From the NCBI RefSeq assembly GCF_009914755.1, contig NC_060943.1: a DNA stretch of 64,000 bases; one strand, 5' to 3'. The stretch is from the human T2T-CHM13v2.0 reference genome, Homo sapiens. Position numbers and translations under genes: made by a program. A model generated the notes under the pieces. It was given only the letters and a program-made list of their open reading frames with translations. It did no database searches and had not been told where the DNA came from. Of the stretch, positions 53,351-64,000 are shown one piece after another. Numbering within the stretch: the first letter of the stretch is position 1; the number at the start of each line of letters is the position of its first letter.

Positions 53351-54678
53351 TAGTAGGGATGGGGTTTCACCATGTTAGCCAGGATGGTCTCGATCTCCTG
53401 ATCTTGTGATGTACAAATTTAGGGAGTACATATGCAGTTTTGTTATGTGCGTAGGTTTTGTAATGGTCAAGTTAGGGCCGTTAGGGTATTTATCACCCGA
53501 ACAGTGTACATTGTACCCATTAAGTAATTTCTCATCATTCACCTCCCCCTTCTGCTCCCTCGCTCTTCTTAGTCTTCACTGTCTGTTGTTCCTCTCTCTG
53601 TGTCCATGTGTACACATTTTGTAGCACTCACTTATGAGTGAGAACATGGAATATTTGACTTTCTGTGCCATGACTTAAAAATTGATCCGTTCATCCACTT
53701 ATCTTTTCATCTATTCTTTGTTTAATTTATTAATTAAAGAATGTGTACTCACTGATTTTTTCATTTATGATTCATCCAAGGACATATACTGTGTCATTCA
53801 TTTATTTGGATTACTTGATCCACAAGTTGATCCTTTGAAACAGTGATATGTTGATGGACAATTTGTCATTGATTCATTGGTTCATTTATTCATTCATTCA
53901 TGCATTCTTCCATCCTTCTATGAACTAGGTTTCACCCTTATCCTTCCATCAGTCAGTCTTTCAATTCACCCTTAATCCATCCATGCTTTCCTTCATTTAT
54001 CACAATAATTCACTCATTTATTCACCTCTGATCTATTTATCATTCAATCCAGCCATTCATTTATTCCTTTATTTACTCATACTTCACTAATTTACTTATT
54101 CACTTGTTCTTCCATAAATCTAGCCATTCATGTGATTATTCATTAATTGGGTTCATTGATTTCTTTGTCTATGGACCATTCATTAGTGATTAATTAATCA
54201 ATCAATCCATCTATTAATTGGTAAGTAAATATATACATCCATTTATTGGTTTGTTCATTTCTTCATCAATCTTTCCTTCCATGAATTGATCTATTGATTG
54301 ATTGATTGATGTTTTTATCCAGTTGTTCATGGATTCATCTATTGTTCTATTACACTGTTATATACCTGAGGACCAAGAATAGTGTCTCACCTATAATATA
54401 CACACAATAAATATTAGTTTATTTTCTACTCATCTTAGAGAGGGTGTTTTGATTTGTGGCCTGGAGTTCTTAATCTGAAATTCCATGCAAAATCGTGTTA
54501 TGTGTGTGCATATGTGTGTGTGTACCTGTGCATGTGGGAAGAGGATCCATAATAGTCATTAGATTTCAAGCAGTGAGAATTCTTGTTGCTTCCTTCCTGC
54601 TCTCCTCACCCCACGCTGATTGCTTTGAGGAGTATCAAAGATCTAAGCCTTTACTGTAGGTTTTTAATTGGTCAATAG

Positions 54679-54864
<186 letters not shown>

Positions 54865-55081
54865 TAGGACTACAGGCTTGCACCACCACACCCAGCTAAT
54901 TTTTTGTATTTTTAGTAGAGATGGGATTTTGCCATGTTGGCCAGGCTCATCTTGAACTCCTGAACTCAAGCAACCTGCCCACCTCAGTCTCCCAAAATGC
55001 TGGGATTACAGGTGTGAGCCACCATGCCTGGCCTCAAATGCCTCTTTAAAATGAGATTCATTCATCTTCTTCTCTGTGCAG

Positions 55082-55269
55082 AGAGAGTCTACAAGGAGAT
55101 TGAACAGGTGGTTGGCCCACATCGCCCTCCAGCGCTTGATGACCGAGCCAAAATGCCATACACAGAGGCAGTCATCCGTGAGATTCAGAGATTTGCTGAC
55201 CTTCTCCCCATGGGTGTGCCCCACATTGTCACCCAACACACCAGCTTCTGAGGGTACACCATCCCCAAG
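55082..55269 (+). pseudogene. CYP2B7P: CYP2B7P exon 7 with premature stop
   Basis: ...[30 protein letters not shown]; 188 bp. Confidence 0.95.
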
Positions 55270-55461
55270 GTAAGACTGGCTGCACCCCCACATCCCTCCT
55301 GTGTGGGCATCCTGGATTTTCTTAATCCCCAAACTCAACCTTTTGTTAGCTTCTCAATTGAGTCCCCTTGTTTTTGTTTTTTTCTTTTTCTTTTTTGTGC
55401 TGTGTGTGTGGAGGGTGGGCAGGGAATGGCAATATCTTTTGATCTTGTGATCCTTCCTCAG

Positions 55462-55603
55462 GACACGGAAGTATTTCTCATCCTGAGCACTGCTCTCCGT
55501 GACCCACACTACTTTGAAAAACCAGACGCCTTCAATCCTGACCACTTTCTGGATGCCAATGGGGCACTGAAAAAGAATGAAGCTTTTATCCCCTTCTCCT
55601 TAG
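55462..55603 (+). pseudogene. CYP2B7P: CYP2B7P exon 8
   Basis: [31 protein letters not shown]...FIPFSL; 142 bp. Confidence 0.95.
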
Positions 55604-56514
55604 GTAAGCTGGACCCACAGTTTCTTTCCCAGACACCAGAGGGCAGGTCCTATCCTCAACTTGAGAAAAAAAATGACAGGTCCTTATTAATTGAGCACTT
55701 AATATATTCCAATTGCTTCACCTGCCTTATCCCCTTCCATCTTCACTACAACCCTGTAAGGAGGCTTGAGAAAGAAGATGACATTCCCAAAGGCACATCT
55801 GGGCAAGCAGGAACTTGGGCAAGTATTTTAACATCTCTAAACCTCAGTGAATTCATTTTCTTAAAAAGAAAAAAATCTGTTGAGCACCGCTGTAAGCCCA
55901 GTGCTGTACTAGGGGCTGAAGACAATGCATCAAACAGGTCACACGGAGACAGGGTTCCTGCCCCAGGAAATTTAAAGTCCAGCAGGGAAGATGGACATTC
56001 ATCAAATAATAATAAAATAATCATCTCATGAAATGAATGAATGCCTGCAACATGCTTGGAACTGCCTGGCACAAAGGACATGCTCACAGGGGCAATTATT
56101 ATTATAATTAGACATAATTATGATAAGTGCTCTAAAGGGAACTTTGGGAGCACAAAATAGGAAATACCAGCTAATCTTGTGGTGGGTCATTAAGGAAAAG
56201 CTTACCAGAGGAACTGGCTTCCAAGCCGAGATGTTCATGGGTGGGCGTCAATCAATGATTGCAAAGTGTGTTCCAGGCAAAGGAAACAGCAAGGGCAAAG
56301 GCTAAAGGTGGAAATGTGATGGTACCATTGAGAATCTATAGGAAGTCCAGTGAGCCTTGGGTGTAGATTGCGGAAGGGAATAAGACAAAGGGCTCAGCTG
56401 GGCAGGACCTTGAAGGCTGTGGAAGGAGTTTGGATTTATGGTCTAGCACTGGGGAGGTGGAGAAGGTCTTGACGTGCTCTGACTTGTCCCAGTTCTCATC
56501 CTCCACTCTTTGGC

Positions 56515-56899
56515 TGGTTAAGAGAAAAACTTTAGGCAAATTAAACTTAGCAGAGTCTATTTGAGCAAAGAAACAATTCATGAATTGGGCAGCACACGGA
56601 ACCAGGAAAGGTTCAGAGAGCTCCACCCAGCAATGTGATCAGGCACTATTTATCCATAGGGAAAGGAACTGAGGTACAGAAACAGCCTGATTGGTTACAG
56701 CTCTGTGTTTGCCTTATCTGAGCATGTCTGGGCAGCTTGTAGCCTGTGACTGGCTGAAGCTTGGCTGCCCTGATTGTCCAAGGTTACTTGTTACAAGAAT
56801 ATACTCTCAAGTTACATTGCAGTTTGTTTACATGTTGAGTTACGTTACAGTTTGTTATGCAGGGAGGCTGCTTTAGGCCAAATTTAATTTAATTTAACA
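56515..56899 (-). mobile_element. MER57/MER93-like solo LTR in CYP2B7P intron 8
   Basis: gagtctatttgagcaaagaa..gaggtacagaaacagcctgattggttacagc..tttaggccaaatttaatttaatttaaca. Confidence 0.65.
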
Positions 56900-56956
56900 C
56901 GCACCATCCATGAAAGGCCCCAGAAACAAATCCCTAGTCTTGAGTTTCATCAGTGA

Positions 56957-57623
<667 letters not shown>

Positions 57624-57729
57624 TAGCCAGGATGGTCCTGATCTTCTGACCTGGTGATATTCCTTCCTCAGTCTCTCAAAGTGCTGGGATTACAAGCGTG
57701 AGCCATTGTGACAGGCCTGCTATTTTGTT

Positions 57730-58290
57730 TTAAGAGAGGCAGAGATGTAGGGAAATAAGGACAGAGACAGATAAGTAACAAAGATAATAAGATTGAGAAA
57801 CATAGTTGGGGACAAAGAGGGAACACACTGAGAGATAGAGATGGGGAGACAGTGGCAGAAGGACAGACAGCAGGTGAACATCAGGCAGTATACGGAGAGG
57901 AAGAGAGAGAGACACACACAGAGAGAGCCACATAAGGAGAAGAGGAGGAGGAGGAATAAGAGGAGAGGGAGGAGGAAAAGGAAGGCGGAGGGGAGAAGGA
58001 AGGAGGGAAAGGAGAGAAACAGAATAAGAGATAGGAAAAAGAGAGAGTGACACAAGAAGAGAGGAAGAAAGAATGAAGGAGACAAATAAGGTATCTTTAG
58101 AGGGAGATGAAAAGAAAGAAGGAGAGAGAGAGAGATTGGGGAGCAATCAGATTCAAATAGATGGAGATAGGAGGTTAAGCAAGATGGAAGAAAGCCAAAA
58201 AAGGAGAGGAAAAGAAGAAAAACTGTGTCTGACAGGTATAGACAGAGAAAAAGACAGGAGTAGGGCTGCCAGGGGCAGAAAGAAAGGTAT
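57730..58290. repeat. Purine-rich (GA) low-complexity tract; similar tracts at 51680-51960 and 52225-52690
   Basis: Strong A/G strand bias; source of the spurious L/S/F-rich minus-strand ORFs. Confidence 0.85.
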
Positions 58291-59097
58291 AACCCAAGCC
58301 AAAAGGGTACTGCAGCCAAAGAAATTCGAAAGGTGTCCAAACAGACGGCCCCAGAGATGGGGAGGGCGTGATGAGAGGGAGATAATAAGCATCAGGCTGT
58401 TGTGGAAAATGTTAGGTCACACAAAGAGTTACAGAAGAACAGGCCCAGAGACCTGCCTGTTTCTAAGCTCATGTTGCCCAACTTCTGGATGTGCCAAAGG
58501 GACATGGACCCATTTCCAGACACCTCCACATAGACACACTTGTCCAACAACTTGGCAGGCATAGGGAATGCCTGAAAACTCACACTTGACATGGCCTTTC
58601 CAAGGTTTGCAGATTATGAAACACTGAAGTGAAGGGAAAAGCTCCCTTTGTCTCTGCCTCAGCTTTTTCCAGCTCCCTTTGTTCTCATTTTTCTCCCAAT
58701 CTGTGGTTTAGAACCTACTGGGGGTTCCTTGCACCTCTGAGAATCGGTGGAAGCCATAGACCCTCCCTGTCTCATATGCATCAGTCCCATTCACAATTTA
58801 TATACAATTTGGGTTTTTTACCCCCTGAGCTCTTGAAGCCTGTGGATCTCAGGCTGAGACCAGAAAACAGCCTAGAGACACAGACACAGACACATGGCCA
58901 GAAACACATACCCCACAGATACCCCCAGAAACAAACACAAGGCGATAACCAAACCTTAAGGCTCCTTAGCAGAAGCCAAGTGCTGTTCTAAGAATTTTTA
59001 CAATTGTCTCCTTTAACCTCAGAAGAGCCCTTTGAGAGAGGTGCCATTCTCCCCGTATGAGAAGTGAACACTAAGAATGTTGTCATAAATGTGCTCA

Positions 59098-59358
<261 letters not shown>

Positions 59359-59511
59359 TTAGCCAGGCGTGGGGGCAGGTGCCTGTAATCCCATCTACTT
59401 GGGAGGCTGAGGCATGAGAATCGTTTCAACACCCTGAGAGGCAGAGGTCGCAGTGAGCCGAGATGTCGCCGCTGTGCTCCAGCCTGGGTGACCGAGAGAG
59501 ATTCCATCTCA

Positions 59512-59515
59512 AAAA

Positions 59516-59554
<39 letters not shown>

Positions 59555-59605
59555 AGAGATTGAGAGAGAGAGAGTGAGAGCGAGAGCGAGAGCGAGAGAG
59601 AGAGA
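59512..59605. repeat. (AAAT)n Alu tail followed by (GA)n/(GAGAGC)n
   Basis: Read directly from the sequence. Confidence 0.9.
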
Positions 59606-59804
59606 AATGAACATGGCACATCCATTCAAAGATTTGCACCTGGTTTCAGAGCAGCTTCCTAAAAGTCCACCCTGAATTGTAGGTTAAAGGCCAGTCTTAT
59701 GCAAATCTCTTGCAGTGGACATACATGTCTGGGCTTAGGGACATGGCAGAGCGAAGTGTATGCACCTGCCCTGTGCCCATGCTGGTGACCTTCTGTGCCC
59801 ACAG

Positions 59805-60529
<725 letters not shown>

Positions 60530-61373
60530 TAAAATAAAATTAGCCATTTTAAAGTGTACAATTTAGTGGTGTGTGGTTCATTCACAAAGCTGTACAACCA
60601 CCACCATCTAGTTCCAAACATTTTCTTTTTTTCTGAGACGGAGTCTCACTCTGTCACCCAGGCTCGAGTTCAGTGGTCTTGAACTCCTGATGTCAGGTGA
60701 TTCTCCTAGTTCCAAATGTTTTCATTATCTCCCCCCAACAAAACCCATACCTATCAAGCTGTCACTCCCCATACCCCATTCTCTTTTTCATCTCAGCCCC
60801 TGTCAATCTGGTTTTTGTCCTTATGGACTTACCAATTCTGAATATTTCCTATAAACAGAATCACACAATATTTGATTTTTTTTTTTAAAACTAAGCCTTG
60901 CTCTGTCTCCCAGGCTGGAGTGCTGTGGCGTGATTTTGGTTCACTGCAACCTCCGCCTTCCAAGTTCAAGAGATTCTCCTGCCTCAGCTTCCAAGTAGCT
61001 GGGATTACAGGCATGTGGTACCATGCCTGGCTAATTTTCTTGTATTTTTAGTAGGGACATGTTGGCCAGGCTGGTTGTGAGCTCCTGGCCTCAGGTGATC
61101 CACACGCCTCAGTGTCCCAGAGTGCTGATATTACAGGCGTAATATGTGATCTTTTGTGTCTGGTTCCTTTCACGTTGAACGCTATTTTTGAGGTTCGTGC
61201 CTGTTGTAGACCACAGTCACACACTGCTGTAGTCTTCCCCCATCCTCATTCCCAGCTGCCTCCTCCTACTGTTTCCCTCTATCAAAAAGCCTCCTTGGCG
61301 CAGGTTCCCTGAGCTGTGGGATTCTGCACTGGTGCTTTGGATTCCCTGATATGTTCCTTCAAATCCACTGAGA

Positions 61374-61383
61374 ATTAAATAAA
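61374..61383 (+). terminator. CYP2B7P polyadenylation signal
   Basis: Overlapping ATTAAA/AATAAA about 1.4 kb after the stop, with a GU/U-rich tract (ttttgtgtgtg) downstream at ~61430. Confidence 0.7.
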
Positions 61384-61934
61384 CATCGCTAAAGCATGAC
61401 CTCCCCACGTCAAGAGGTGATCTGTGCCATTTTGTGTGTGATTCTTTTATTGTCAGGTCCCTAGGGATTTTTCTGGAAGGAATGTTGGTGAGAACGCCTC
61501 CCTCACCTCAGTGACAACTCTGTGAAGGGCCAAACCATTGTCTTGCTCGTCACTGTACTCTCAATACAGCATGTGGCATATGACAGGTGTTCAAAATATT
61601 TGGTGAGGAATGAATGAATGAGTGGCTAAATCAGCCACCCACTACCCCCACAGCCCACAGAAAATGGAGCTAGGCTACTCCATCAGACTGTGTCTCCTCC
61701 ATATCCCACTTTCTTCTTTGGCCCAGAATAAATTATCATCCCCAAAGGGCCCAGGATGCCCCCAGTTCTGCCTGCCAGTTACTCTCAATCCCCTGTGCTG
61801 CAATGCCACCTTTTGATAAAGCTTAGCGCTATTCTTGAAGTGGAACCACTCTAAATTCAGCCTCCAGGCTGGACACGGTGGCTTATGGCTATAATCCCAG
61901 TACTTTGGGAGGCCGAGTCAGGTGGATCACCTCA

Positions 61935-62374
<440 letters not shown>

Positions 62375-63401
62375 TTAGCAGGGACTCTGCCTGTGCAAAT
62401 GCATGGCACACATTCCCTCACCAACCACAGAAATAAAACAACAAACAGAGAAACATGTCTTTTAAGAGTGACAGCAGAATCTGCCCGGCTTATTTCACCT
62501 AACATAACTTCCTGCAGTTCCATCCATGTTGCTGCAAATATCAGGATCTTTTTCTTTTTTAATGGCTGAATAGTACTCCCATCTGTATGGGCACCATATG
62601 AACACTTAGGTTGATTCCATATCTTGGCTGTTGTGAACAGAGCTGCGAAATACATGGGAGTGCAGACATCTCTTCGGTATACAGATTTCCTTTTATTGGA
62701 ATACACTTAGCAGTGGGATTGCTGGATTGTATGGTAGCTCGATTTTTAATGTTTTTCTTTTTTGTTTGTTTATTTTTATTTTATTTTATTTTTTTTTTGA
62801 GATGGAGTCTTACTCTGTTACCCAGGCTGGAGTGCAGTGGTATGATCTTAGCTCACTGCAAGCCTCTGCCTCCTGGGTTCAAGCCATTCTCTTGCCTCAG
62901 CCTCCCAAGTAGCTGGGACTACAGGCACCCACCATCACGCCTGGCTGATTTTGTATTTTTAGTAGAGATGGAGTTTCACCATGTTGGCCAGGCTGGTCTT
63001 GAACTCCTGACTTCAGGTGATCTGCCTACCTCAGCCTCCCAAAGTGCTGGGATTACAGGCATAAGTCACTGCGCCTGGCCTATTTCTACTTTTTTTTTTA
63101 AGGAAACTCCATATTGTTCCTCAAAGTGGCTCTACTAATATACATTACCACCAACAGTGTACAAAGGTTCCATGGGGGATTCTTTCAGATTGAGTGGTCA
63201 GAGAGGGCTTCTTTGAGAAGGCTTCTGAGAGTTGGCCATGAGAAGGTGTGGTGAGAAGCCTTCTCAGCTGAGGGAACAGCAAAGTAAAAGGCCCGGAGGT
63301 GAGAAAGCAAACTTGGCACCTTCCGGGAGCAAGCAGGCATTGCCTCTGATAATGTTTCCTCCTGGTAAAATGACAGCTCTGGGAGGGCAGGGTTCTTATT
63401 T

Positions 63402-63419
63402 CCTATCTATCTATCTATC

Positions 63420-63474
<55 letters not shown>

Positions 63475-63600
63475 ATCTATCATCTATCTATCTATCTATC
63501 TATCATCTATCTATCTATCATCTATCTATCTATCTATATCTATCTGTCTATCTAATCACCTATCTTTCTATGTATCTATCATCTATGTATCTATCCATCT
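63402..63600. repeat. Compound (TCTA)n/(TCA) microsatellite
   Basis: Long TCTA runs interrupted by TCA. Confidence 0.95.
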
Positions 63601-63643
63601 GTCTTTATTTATTTATAGAGTCAGAGTCTTGCTCTGTTGCCCA

Positions 63644-64000
63644 TTGTATTAGTCCGTTTTCATGCTGCTGATAAAAACATACCTTAGACTGGGTAATTTA
63701 TAAAGAAAAAGAGGTTTAATAAACTCACAGTTACACATGACTGGGGAGGCCTCACAATCATGCTGAAAGGCAAAAGTCACATCTTACATGGCGCTGGCAA
63801 GAGAGAGAATGAGAACCAAGTGAAAGGGGTTTTCCATTATAAAACCAACAGATCACATGAGACTTATTGACTAGTATGAGGACAGTATGGGGGAAACCAC
63901 CCCTATGATTCAATGATCTCCCACCGGGTCCCTCCCACAACATGTAGGGATTATGGCAGCTACAATTCAAGATGAGATTTGGATGGGGACACAGCAAAAC
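63644..64000. mobile_element. MaLR LTR (MST/THE1 type), runs to the window edge
   Basis: tgtattagtccgttttcatgctgctgataaa...gatgagatttggatggggacacagc. Confidence 0.8.

Noticed and set aside
55249-55254. Readthrough or selenocysteine recoding of the CYP2B7P TGA
   Set aside because: The context is TGAGGG, not the leaky TGA-CTAG, and no SECIS-like element was recognised; a CpG transition explains the stop.

Overview
Human (primate) genomic DNA from the CYP2ABFGST cluster at 19q13.2. It is eukaryotic and repeat-rich, with no intact protein-coding gene; nearly all ORF-track entries are Alu, L1 or low-complexity artefacts or single CYP exons. In order: (1) CYP2G1P (+, 1895-10852), with exons 1, 2, 3, 7, 8, 9 present, a 1-bp deletion in exon 2 and exons 4-6 missing; (2) the 3' half of a split CYP2A pseudogene (CYP2A18PC; -, exons 6-9, 21377-19162), still in frame but with both glycines of the heme motif changed to Arg; (3) a near-full-length L1PA (23389-29605) containing a nested twin-primed L1 insertion, followed by a MER11 LTR; (4) CYP2B7P (+, ATG 35028, stop 59986, polyA ~61380), with nine canonical exons broken only by R378X. 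The most notable structure is a ~237-bp tandem triplication upstream of CYP2B7P. Each unit carries the CAR/PXR PBREM (DR4-NFI-DR4) plus AP-1, ARE and DR1/ERE-like sites, and an HML-2 LTR5 insertion separates the array from a -82C (C/EBP-type) promoter. Other leads: an L1 antisense promoter aimed into the open CYP2A half-gene, and CYP2B7P bases matching several CYP2B6 star-allele variants. Exon coordinates were counted by hand; repeat boundaries and subfamilies are approximate.
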